DNA of 64,000 nucleotides from the human T2T-CHM13v2.0 reference genome, Homo sapiens: the NCBI RefSeq assembly GCF_009914755.1, contig NC_060931.1; one strand, 5' to 3'. The notes beneath the pieces are model-generated. The model did not search any database. It saw nothing but the letters and a program-made list of their open reading frames with translations, and was not told the origin of the DNA. Every line of letters begins with the position of its first letter. The first letter of the stretch is position 1. Positions 30,476 through 47,940 of the stretch are shown piece after piece. The position numbers and the translations under genes are program-made.

Positions 30476-30892
30476 TCTAAGAGTTAAAGAAAGGAAAGGA
30501 ACATGCAAAGCAGTTCAACAGTGAAAAGACAGGTTTATTGTGGAGAAGAAACCTGAGAGGGGCTTCTCTCCAATTTCGGTCAGGAGCATTCTCTCCCTAC
30601 AGACTAAGGGTATTTAAGGGTTTAGGAAGGGGGCAGTTTATCACAGGTTCAGAATGTTTCTATGTGAGAGAAAGTTTACTGTGGGATTGGAATGTCTCTG
30701 GTCAGAGGAGAGGCTATCTCTAATTGGCATATTTCTGGTCAGAGGGGGTTTATCTTAGGGTTGGAATGTTTCTGGTTATGCTGACATTAGTCATTAGGCT
30801 GATGTTTTGGGGCTGGATTTAGGCAGTTTTTTCATTAAGGAGAACTTAAAATGGTGGTGTGTGTCCAAGATGGTGATGCTCCTGCTCTGTCA
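30476..30892 (-). mobile_element. LTR19-like solo LTR inserted in an L2
   Basis: The - strand begins TGACAGAGCAGGAGCATCACCATCTTGGACA; AATAAA and GATAA repeats present. Confidence 0.8.
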
Positions 30893-31469
30893 GCTACGTT
30901 GAGAGCTCATGAAGTCATTTGCAAGGTACCCTTGACAACCTCTAAGAGAACATTTTGAAAGAGTATTATTTGTCTAGAAGACATGTGATGGGGAGTTCAG
31001 AAGTGGGGGGAAAGTAAACATAAAGAAATTGACAACAGATTCGAAGTATTTCGCAGTGAGTGGAGGGAGATGATTGGCTAAGAACCAGAAGCAGGGCAGA
31101 ATCAAGGGAAAGCCGATTTTCCAAAAGTCCATGTGAGAGAATGTATACTCCTGTACCACGTAAAGATCTTTTGGTTAATGATGAATCACGTCTTTGACAG
31201 TGGTCCCATAAGATGGTAATGGAGTTAAAAAATTCTTGTTATCTAGTGACATCGATCTTAGCTGTTGCAGTGTAGTGCAATGCATTACTCATGTGTTTAT
31301 GGTGATCCCGGTGCAAACAAACCCACCGTGCTGCCAGTCGTATGAAAATATAGCACAGCCAATTATGTAGAGTACATAATACTTGCACTGGTACTATACT
31401 TACATATAGTACATAATACTTGATAATGATGATAAACAGCTTATGTTACTGGTTTATGTATTTACTACA

Positions 31470-32120
<651 letters not shown>

Positions 32121-32531
32121 CTACTACAGTATACTTTTAATCATTATCTTAGATATTAAAATAATGATACTAAAATGTTTTAGTAATTTATATTACTAAA
32201 TTTAATTTATATTTAGTAATTTTTAATAAGGATACTAAAACATTTTAAATATTTTAGATATTAAAATAATGATACTTTTACTTATTAAAAATGTTAACAA
32301 TAAAACAGCCTCAGACAGGTCCCTCAGGAGGTATTCCAGAAGAGGCATTGTTATCACAGGAGAGGCTCCATGTGTCTTACTGCCCCTGAAGACCTCCCAG
32401 TGGGACAAGTTGTGGAGGTGGAAGAGAGTGATATTGATGATCCTAACCCTGTGTAGGCCTAGGCTAGAGTGTGTTTTCATTTTTAACAAAAATTTAAAGA
32501 AAAAAAAATTTTACAAATAGATAAAAGTTTA

Positions 32532-33074
<543 letters not shown>

Positions 33075-33087
33075 GTTAAAACAATTA

Positions 33088-33403
<316 letters not shown>

Positions 33404-33776
33404 TTATAAAGTAAAAATGTTAGAATAAGCTAAGGTTAATTTATCATTGAAGAGAGAAAAAAATTTAAATAAATTTAGTGTAGCCTAACTGCACAGAGTT
33501 TATAAACACTACAATAGCGTGTACAGTCATGTTCTAGGCCTGAATTCACTCACCACTTACCACTGACTTACCCAGAGCAACCTCCAATCCTGCAAGCTCC
33601 ATTTATGGTAATTGCCCTATACAGGCGTAACATTTTCAATCTTTTATATCAGATTTTATTGTACCTTTTTTATGTTTAGATATGTTTAGATACACAAATA
33701 CTTACCATTGCGTTACCAGTGTCTCCAGTATTCAGTACAGTAAATGCTGTTCAGGTTTGTAGGCTAGGAGCAATAG

Positions 33777-34561
<785 letters not shown>

Positions 34562-35055
34562 GTGTGTAATAGACTAGACCACTAGGTTTGTGGATGTACA
34601 CTCTCTGACATTTGCATAATGACGAAATCACCTAACAATGCATTTCTCAGAATCTATCCCTGGTGTTCAGTGGTGCATGACTGTATATGAAAGCCTCTTT
34701 GGCCTAGCATGGTGCACAGCAGGTCTTAATTAATATGACTTACCTTGAAAGTGGGAAGCATTGATCATATTTGTAACAGAAGAGGGCACTTGTTGAAAGG
34801 AAGGAAAAAAAGATGTTGAAAAAGAAAATAATCGAGGAGTGTAGATCAAAATAGGATAAGATAGATGTGGTTTTGGGTACAGATGGAGACGGTAACTTTC
34901 AAGAACAAAGAAAATTTTCTGAATTGAAAGTAAGAAAGAAAGGAAGGGGAGGGAAGGAAAGTCATTGATTGAGGGCTTACATTATGCTAAGTGAGTGCAG
35001 ACATCATCTTATTCAATCTTTATAGCAATACAATGGAGGGTGGATGAACATTTAA

Positions 35056-35861
<806 letters not shown>

Positions 35862-36009
35862 TTGGGATGAATGAAGAGCCAATGATACAGCTCTTTATCT
35901 TGGATGCATCCTCTCTTTTCAATGATGTGTCTTCAGAGAGAGGAGTTTTTAGGAGGAAAGAAATGTGGAAGAGTAATGATTGGGTAGTAAGCCGAGGAGA
36001 TGAAGAGTG

Positions 36010-36687
<678 letters not shown>

Positions 36688-36818
36688 GGGGATGAGTTAG
36701 GAATAGCAGCTACATGCTATAGGTAGCCCCTACTAGTGGCTACCACATTGCGCTGAAGCATGTGAATAGAAGAGTGATGGTCAGTGGTGGTGGGTGCTCC
36801 AGGAGTGGGGTTTGAGGT

Positions 36819-38242
36819 TGTAATCTCCCAACAGGTTCTTTCTGCCTAGTGCACAGACAAAAGCAATTCACAGAGATCATGATACTGCAGTAAAGAAAGA
36901 GTTTAATTGGTGTGAGGCTGGCCATGCAGAAGATGGAGTTATTACTCAAATCAATCTTCCTGAAGGCTTGGAGGTTAGGGTTTCTCAAAAATAGTTTGGT
37001 GGACAGGGGGCTAGGGAATGGGGAATGCTGGTTGGTTGGGGATGAAATCACAGGGATGTGGAAAAGAGTTTTTGTGTGCTGAGTCAGCCTCTGACCTTAT
37101 TCCTGTGGAATACCATAAGATTAGCCACAAGGGTTATAAAACCCAGCCCAAGATAGAATGATCTTTGGTTGTATAATTTTTGATAAGTAAGACATGGAAT
37201 ATTGTTGGTTTAATGAAAACCGCTAAATCATGAGTTATTGGTAAAAATACCCTTATATTCAACTGTAAGTTTTCTTACTTAAGTAAACACCTGAAATTCA
37301 TAGCTATAAAAATGGTTAACATGCTGGGCAAGGTGGCTTACGCCTATAATCCCGGAACTTTAGGAGAATGAGATGGGCAGATTACCTGAGGTCAGGAGTT
37401 CAAGAGCAGACTGGCCAACATGGCAAAACCCCGTCTCCACTAAAAATACAAAAAAAAAAAAAAAAATCAATGATTGTGGTGGTGTGTGTCTGTAATTCCA
37501 GCTACTTAGGAGGCTGAGGCACAAGAATCACTTGAACCTGGGAGGCAGAGGTTGCAGTGAGCCAAGATCACGCCACTGTATTCCGAGCTGGGCAACAGAG
37601 TGAGACTCTGTCTCAAAAACAACAACAACAACAACAACAACAACAAAAAAAAAACAGGAAAGCAACTTATAGAATGACTATCACAGTTTTTGTAAATAAA
37701 TAATCCAGGTAAACTATTAAATCAATCAGTCAACCAATGAGATAAATGTGATGGAATAAGTCCTTGTAAACAAACTTGTCATATGTTTATATGGAAGCCA
37801 CAGGACCAACTGAGTTATGAGTCACAGGCTCTGGATGAAGTCAGCTGGGGTCATCAGAAATGTAAAAATCTGAAAAGACATCTCAAAAGGTCAATCTCAG
37901 GTTCTACAATAGTGATGTTATCTATAGGAATCATTGGAGAGGTTACAAATCTCGTAACCTTCCAAACAATGGCTGGCCATCATTTAACTACGTCCGCTTC
38001 TTAGTAGAATTCAGGCCCCTCTCATAATCCTAACCTTGTGGACTTTCATTAGTTTTACAAAGGTGCTTTAGTTTGGGGAAGGGCTATTATCATACTTGCT
38101 TTAAGTTTGAACTATAAATTTCTCCCAAAGTTAGTTTGGCCTATGCCCAGAAATGACCAATGACAGCTTGGACATTAAAAACAAGATGGAGTCAACTATA
38201 TCAGACTTGTCTTACTGTCATAATTTTGCAAAGATGGTTTCA
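36819..38242 (-). mobile_element. LTR8-family ERV1 solo LTR with an internal foreign insert
   Basis: TG...CA termini and perfect TSD AGGT (36815-36818, 38243-38246). Confidence 0.85.
37094..37791 (+). mobile_element. MER4-group ERV internal-region fragment containing an Alu (+ strand, 37322-37653)
   Basis: AAAACCCAGCCCAA..AGAATGATCTTTG, GTAAACACCTGAAATTCA and CAAACTTGTCATA motifs recalled from MER4-group internals. Confidence 0.6.
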
Positions 38243-38939
38243 AGGTGAAGATCTCATTGCAGCCCTTGTCGGGAAGAAACAGGGGCTGTGAGACTGTTGA
38301 CCACAGCATCTGCATGAGTTGAGTCAGAGGACTCACTAAGCCAGCAAATGGAGGGGATGACAGAATTTGGGAAGAGAAAGGGCAGGAGAGGGAAAGAGAG
38401 ACAAAGGGAAAGAGATGGCCAGGGAGCAGGCTGCCCCAAAGATGACACGATCTGCCATTTCTTACATGAAATTCCTTTCTTGCTTCCATTTCTTCAATAA
38501 GTAGTGTTCTTGTATAAGTAGCCGCTCTGTAATGCTTTGTATATAATAAAACTTCAATTAGCTAATTGCTCAGGGGAAGGGGGTGTTGTTGTTAATTGAA
38601 TTATCTGATTAACTGAAAGTTAATTAGCTAGAAACCCATTGTAATTCCAAGGCATGCTGTGAATATGCCAGCATATCTAAGTTCCCTTTCCTATCAAGGT
38701 TAGGAAGGGTAAGGAGTCAAGGCAGAAAGGAAGTGGAACTAGCTTTTACGAAAGGTCTAAGATGAGTTCGGGACTTTACATGAATCTTATTGTCCGATTT
38801 CATTCTTGTAACTATGATGTAAGGCTAATATTACTATTCCATTTTATAGATAAGAAAATTGAGAAATATCTTAGCCATTACAGAATATTGCTTTGCTGCT
38901 TGAGAACATGAAATATTCTTAGAGGCATCTCTGGGATAT

Positions 38940-39341
38940 TACTCCACAATGAATAGGTCTTTGCAAACCTACCCCCAAAGACCAAGGGAGCTGAGAGGTG
39001 GAAGAAAGTGGCTGACAAATGCAGTTTCTCTGAAAGAAACATTTCATAGGGACTTATAAACAGAAGTCATGTCTTGGGTGGCCACTGTTACCCCCGAGAT
39101 TTGGGGCTTATATACCGTAGGGAAAAGGTATTTTGCTTTAGAAGAACTGTGTTGAACAATTGAAGTTGACTTCCCAAGGAAAGGCAAGAATTTGCCTAGA
39201 AGCAGAATTTATGGCAAGTACGTGCTCTTACTTATGTTCTAAGATAAAGTAGAAATCTTAGAACATTCTTGGAACTGAGATTAATTAGAAATCAACATGG
39301 CAGATTTACATCCAAGATGAAGTTGCTTTAGCCTCCCCATA
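38940..39341 (-). mobile_element. LTR47-like solo LTR
   Basis: - strand GGAGGCTAAAGCAACTTCATCTTGG; perfect TSD GATAT. Confidence 0.8.
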
Positions 39342-39769
39342 GATATCAAAGCTAGAGTCAAGTCAAGTGGAGGTTTTAGACTAGAATGTTGCCCCTTTAA
39401 TAAGCTCTGATCCTCACCCCAACTTGCTGGCGACCTTGACGAAGCTGAAGGTCACTGAATGAATATACCCGGAGCAAATCACACTGGGTTCAAATTCTCA
39501 CTTTACCATTTTCTGGGTTGTGTGCTCTTGAGCGAACAATTCTTCATCTTTATATCTCAGCTTCTTCATCTGCAAAATGTAGCACTGCTTACCTTGGAGG
39601 GGTGCTGGGGTACAAGAGATGGATTATGCATGAAACATAGCTTGATCACTATCATTGGCAAGGCCCATGGCCTTGTTAGGGGAGCAGAGATGAGCTATGA
39701 TAAAGACCTGGCAGAGGCCTTCATTTTAAGATAATCCCTGACATTTCCCTTTATATTAAATGTATCTTT

Positions 39770-40065
39770 GTTTTTATTTTTTTGAGACAGAGTCTCACTC
39801 TGTTGCCCAGGCTGGAGTGCAGTGGCACAATCTCGGCTCACTGCAATCTCTGCCCCCCGGGTTCAAGTGATTTCTCCTACCTCAGCTCCCCCTGAGGTTG
39901 GGATTACAGGCATACACCAACATACCCGGCTAATTATTGTATTTATAGTAGAGATGGGGTTTTACCATGTTGACCAGCCTGGTCTTGAACCCCTGACCTC
40001 AAGTGATCTGCCCACCTCAGCCTCCCAAAGTGTTGGGATTACAGGCATGAACAACCATGCCCAGC
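39770..40065 (-). mobile_element. Alu (AluS)
   Basis: Alu consensus. Confidence 0.95.
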
Positions 40066-41311
40066 TGCTGTATAAATTAAATCTTGATACTAATCTTCCT
40101 TTCTCATTCTTTAATTCTTTCCCCTCCAAGTATGATGCACAAACCCTGTCTTGGAAGTGTCTAGTTGCTAATTTCAGTTTACTCCGGTGTTCTTGGATTT
40201 GCATCTCCAACAGAAGAGAACACAATGAGACCCACAGGCATTGTTAGCCACTAAATCAAGCCTTAGTTTGGCTAAGTCACCAGCCTCTGCTGCCATCGTA
40301 TTTTTAGGGAATGAAAAGAACAGTTCTTTTTGCTCAGAATGCTAGATTTATATTGCTTTCACTTAGCAAGTTAATAATTGATAAGTTGGGGCAGCAAATT
40401 AACACTGAACAAAAGAGCCTGGCGGTACCAGGGTCCTGGGAAGGCTGCCTAAATCAATATACACTCATGAATTTTGAGTGCAAAAGGTTGAGTTGAGAAA
40501 GAGCACAGATTTAGATCTCCATTAATATTTGAAACACACTCTGCACAGGAGAGGTTTGCTACAGCCCAAACGTTAACTGAAGGGGCTTCAGAGAAATGGC
40601 TTCTAAACAAATTTGATAGCAGGAGATTTTCCCCTCCGAAGATTTTGCGGGAAAAATCAGTCATCTTTGTTGTTTATGCTGTCAGAAGCCATCTATTAAA
40701 GATCTAATGAGGGTATTTTTTAACCAATTAAACATACCAATGCAACATTTATCTGACTCAATATTCATGGATGCTAGAAAAAGGAAACGCATCGTCCTCT
40801 GTGATCAACTCAGATGTGGTAAAATATTCCAGCCACTCCTACATGCTCTGTCCTCCCCATGCAGGATCTGGCCTTAAAATTTGATTAATCTAAACATTTT
40901 GTAAGGTGTCAAAAGAGGTTTCTTGCCTGATGCCTCATGGTCACCCAAACTGTGCCAGCCCAAATGAGGCCAAAATAATATCATCATTCACAATTTGCTT
41001 TTGAAATGTCTCCTGCTGGGCCCCCAATTTGAGCTATCAAAGCTGGAAATTTTAAACCAAGTGAGAAAATGCTTCTAACTTTAGTGATTCATTGAACCCA
41101 GCGTCCTGCTCTAAAGTCATCTGCAGTGTCTGATAACAGCAGTGCCATGGCCAATGAAGATGTTCCCTGTCAGATGTTCACCGTGATGGCCACTGTAGCT
41201 GTTCAGTATCTGAGACCACGTGAGCACTGATATGCTGCTAATCACCTAGTCAGAGAAATAATTCTCTATGAGTTAAGGGCTCACCTTTTAGAAGACATTA
41301 GATAGAATGTT

Positions 41312-41460
41312 GGCAGAGCACGGTGGCTCACACCTGTAACCTCAGCGCTTTGGGAAGTCGAAGCAGGAGGATCGCTTGAGCCCAGGAGTTTAGATCAGCC
41401 TGGGCAACGTAGTGAGACCCCATCTCTCCAAAGAATAAAATAATAATAATAATTAAAAAA
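41312..41460 (+). mobile_element. FLAM
   Basis: Single left arm with A-rich tail. Confidence 0.8.
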
Positions 41461-41464
41461 TCTC

Positions 41465-41670
41465 ACAATTGGAAGGGCTCTGAGTGATTATTTAGTGGAG
41501 CCTCCAACTTCCTACACAAAACAGCAATTCCTCCCGACAGACTCAGGCTTTACTTGCATACCCCTGGTGATGGTGAGCTCATTACCTTGTGAAGCAACTC
41601 ATTTCTTCTCAAGATACCTCTGACTTTTGGAACGAAGCTTCTTGTGTTGAGCTGTAACCTGCCTCCCCAT
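41465..41670 (-). mobile_element. L3/CR1 3' fragment
   Basis: GGTGATGGTGAGCTCATTACCT...GTTGAGCTGTAACCTGCCTCCC. Confidence 0.6.
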
Positions 41671-42075
41671 GCCTAAGGCACGAGAAGATCACTTGGAAGC
41701 CTCACAGATGTGGCTTTCTGAGCACTGTCTGATACCTCATTGGTTTGCCAGTGCTGCTCTTCTCCCATGAAGCAGTTAATTGGAAGAATAATTCAGAACA
41801 TGTGCTCATTACTGGGTCTTAGAGGCTAAAAGAAAAATTTGGCCCCTCCACAGCACAGATGGTATTTGTTCTTTCCCCTGGAATTCTCATACTGGCTATC
41901 TTAATTAATGAATTAATGTAATTTTTCAGTCGAGTGGTCCTAAGGAATACTTATTTTTGCAATCTCCTCTTCTGCCCATCCACATGGTTTTTCTGTTTCC
42001 CCTCCAATACCCTAATTAACAAGCAAGGAAAGGTCAAAGCTACAGCTTTTAGACTTGCTGAAAAGGACTGAGATT

Positions 42076-42373
<298 letters not shown>

Positions 42374-42784
42374 GGGACTGAGATTCTTTAAACAAATCAC
42401 ATTTAAAGATACATAAAAAACACCTGTCCCCCAAATTCCAAGACACTTTTAAAGTAGGGCCAGGAACATCGGCTATGTAGGATGATTTGTTCCCTCATGA
42501 GGAAGATTGCCCTGGTCTGGGCTTCTGCAATCCTTCTTTTAAGTAGTCATCTGTTATTCTTACCTGGGGGAAAGAGAGAAGTTGCTGGAGGAGAGTGTCC
42601 CTTATTGAGTCAAGTAGGACATGAGTTTTATTCCTGGCTCTACCAATTTCTAGCTGTGACAACTTCTGCAAGTTGCTAAAGCCTTTTGGACTCCAGTTTG
42701 CTGCATTGTACAATTGGGATAAATATTCCCAGCTCATAGTGTTCTTACAAAGTGAGATAGTGTACTCAAGGGACTTAGCATGGT

Positions 42785-43258
42785 GGATTGGTTAGCTGTG
42801 ACTAGGTCACAAAGCACCCCAAATTCAGAGGCTAAAATCATGAAGCATTTATGGTCTCTCACGTATGTACGCATCAGCTGAGAATTCTGCTAGTTTGGGG
42901 CAGGCTTGGCTGATCTTGGCTGGGCTTGTTCATGAGCTTGTGCTCAGCTGATGGATGGGCTGAGGGTTGGCTAGCTAGGATGGCCTCATTTGCATGTCTG
43001 GCAGTGGGCTTGGAGGCAGCTGGAGTTATTGGACCACAAGTCTCTCAGCCACCAGCAGGCTAGCTTGAGCTGCTTCACATGGCAGAGGCTCAAAGAGCAG
43101 CAGAAGTGTGTACAGCTTTTCAAACTGGCACTGCATCCCTTCTACCACGCTCTCTTGGCCAAAGTAAGTCATTCATGGGATTGCAGCATGGATTCTACCT
43201 CTTGATGGGAAGTCACATTGCAAACGGCAGCCACTTTTTGCAATGAATCTGCTTCACA
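42785..43258 (-). mobile_element. MLT1G/H-like MaLR LTR
   Basis: CTAGGATGGCCTCA...TTGGCCAAAGTAAGTCA...CCTCTTGATGGGA. Confidence 0.7.
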
Positions 43259-43622
43259 CCAAACAGGGTACAAGTACTCCAAAGACAATAGCTGTTAAAG
43301 ACGGATTTCACAGGCTGAAAATTGCAAGGACTGGTTTTGTCTATAGCCTCTCAGTGGAAGCACTTACAAATTGTCCATTAGGAATCCCACATCATAAGCA
43401 TTTATTGTCAATATTAGCAATGCCTCATCATTATATTTTTACTAGAATTCATGGAGGGGATGGAGAGCTGGATCAAGCTGTTCGAGGTAGAAGGTGGACA
43501 AGTTTCTAGGACAGAATGGAGAGAACTCCTGGTAAGACTTGCTTCTGTCCTTGCAAGGGAGGCAACTGCCAGGAAATCCTGGGGTTCAGAACTGTGTTCT
43601 TGACATGGAGAGGAGCTGACTC

Positions 43623-43943
<321 letters not shown>

Positions 43944-43994
43944 CAAAGAGCCCACTCTTATGGTTATTGTCTTAATTTCACCAGATGGGACAGG

Positions 43995-44794
<800 letters not shown>

Positions 44795-45158
44795 CCCAAG
44801 ACCATCTTTATAGCAACGAGGAAAAGAGGAGGCTCTCCAGGAACTCCACATCCTGTAGGCTGATTCCCCTCTCAGAAAAAAGCCCCTGTAATGAATGGTT
44901 CAACAATCTCTGGGAAGTGGCAAGTGCCCTGGGCTTTGGGAATTGGCTGATAAACATAGTACTGCTGTCAACCAGGGGCTCCTGGACCACCTGGGCTGAT
45001 TCTAGTTGCTCATAATCAGGGTAGGGAAGACTGGATGAAGCCAAGTGACACTGTCTTTAATCTAGAAGGACTCAGAATGGAAGTACCAAGGACAAATCAA
45101 ACCAGCCTGCAAAATTGCTCTTGGCTTTGCAATACCCACTTAATAAAAACAATATTCA

Positions 45159-45471
<313 letters not shown>

Positions 45472-45505
45472 TCAAGTGTATTAAACACATTTCTAAAAGT
45501 TTTAA

Positions 45506-46091
<586 letters not shown>

Positions 46092-46224
46092 TTCTTATGT
46101 TTCTTCTTGAGAATGACTAATGAACACATTACCATTTTGATAAGGTATCATGAAGCCATTGTCGTCTGCAAGAATGATGTCATCCCAAGCATCTTCTAAA
46201 TTATAGAGGTGCTTCTTTTTTTAC

Positions 46225-46287
46225 TTCTGTTTCTTCCTTTAGCTTGGTGGAGCTAAAGGAAGAAACAGAAATACCTTTAGCTCCACC
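46225..46287. repeat. Perfect 20-bp inverted repeat with an overlapping 14-bp inverted repeat
   Basis: 46225-46244 = revcomp of 46251-46270; 46246-46259 = revcomp of 46274-46287. Confidence 0.95.
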
Positions 46288-46924
46288 TCCACTTCTCTGA
46301 AAATCTGTTTGTCTTTTGTTTATCTTTGAAAGTAACATGGATATTTTTGCTGGCTTCATGGTGGCCATCATCTTCGCAGCACCATCTTGATACACTCGGT
46401 GTTATGGGGCTTGTCAGCTCTTCCAGGCAGAGGCTGGGTAGGGTAGCAGGCACATCAAAGGGCTCTGCAGAAGTTGTGGAGGAAGAACAGATGCATTCTG
46501 AGGATGCAGTCACATGAGTCCCTGTGACAGCAAGAAGGTGAGACTGACTGCCTCTAGCCCTACCTGCTGAATCGACGACCCTGGGCCCCTTGTTCAAACC
46601 CTTTCTACCTCCTGCCATGTTCCCAAGTGGCTGCCTCGCCTTGGCTGATACCTTAGCTGCTTCATCCCCTCTCTGCTCACTTGGTCACCTCTGCCTCTTC
46701 TGTGGCCACTGTCACTCTCAACATCTCCTCCTTGGGCCTGGGGCATTCTACATCTCCACCTCTCTCTTGCTTCATGTGACTGATATTGCTCTGGGCATCT
46801 GAATCCAGATCCCGGGCAGCCCAGGGTGGTGGTCTCAAGCCCTGCTCTGGAGGCAGGCTGCCCTGGAGCTGAGCTGCCTGAGGTTGGGCCTGGGCTTCTG
46901 GCTGAGGAGTACTTCTCTGACCTA

Positions 46925-47236
46925 TTTTTTTTTTTTTTTTCTAAGAGGCAGTGTCTTGCTCTGTTGCCCAGGCTGGTGTGCAGTAGTGCTATCCTAGCTC
47001 ACTGCAGCCTTAAATTCCTGGACTCAAGTGATCCTCCCTCCTCAACTTCCAAAGGAGCTTGGACTTCAGGCATACACCACTATGCCTGGCTAATTATTAC
47101 TATTATTACATGTTTTTTAGAGATGGGATCTTGCTATGTTGCCCAGGCTGGTTTCAAACTCCTAGCTTCAAACTATCCTCCCACCTTGGCCTCCTAAAAT
47201 GTTGAGATTATAAGAATGAGCCATTGCACCCAGGTT
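46925..47236 (-). mobile_element. Alu (AluJ)
   Basis: Alu consensus. Confidence 0.9.
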
Positions 47237-47876
47237 GACCTAGTTCTGGGAGCCTAGGGGGATCGTGCAAAGCACTGAGCCCCTGTGTCTGTGGGACTTC
47301 CTGAAGGGAAGGCTCCAGGGTTTCTATCCTCTTGACCTATTCTTGGGAACCTTCCTTGTATGCCTCCTTTGTCATGGAGCTTTTGAAGGTCCCTTCTACC
47401 CTCTTCCATTTCTTGTTCATGTCTCTCCTGCTGGCCTGCGAACGCTCTAAGCACAGAGATCTGGGCAGGGACTGCTCTGTGCACCCTGTGACCAGCCTGT
47501 ATCCAAACCCCAGCAAATGGAATGGAATCTTTCTTCCTGGGAGCACATCCCTCCACCCTGCCCTCTCCCCTGGCCCCACACAACATTCATTTTCCTCCCT
47601 GGATCCCTCAGTTCTCACTCCCCTCATTACTCATTCTACAGTTGTCTAAAATGACATTGCGGGAAAATACAGAAGAGAGACATCACGGGTACCCAAGGGT
47701 GAGTAGTGAGCATGGTGCAGTCAGGGGTGACTTTTCAGAGAAGGGGAGGTTGGGGTGAGTCAAGGTGGGCCGTGGGCTTTGCAGGAAGGATGAGGGAAGG
47801 ACCCTGGGTGGGCAAAGGCCAGAGGGCTTGAACCTGCGTGGAGGGAGGGGCAGCCTGGTTGTGCATGCGGTGAGCA

Positions 47877-47940
47877 TGTGTGTGAGTGCATATGAGTGTG
47901 CGTGTGTGTGCGTGGGTGACTGTGTGAGTGTGTGTGTGTG
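47877..47940. repeat. Imperfect (TG)n
   Basis: Read directly. Confidence 0.9.
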
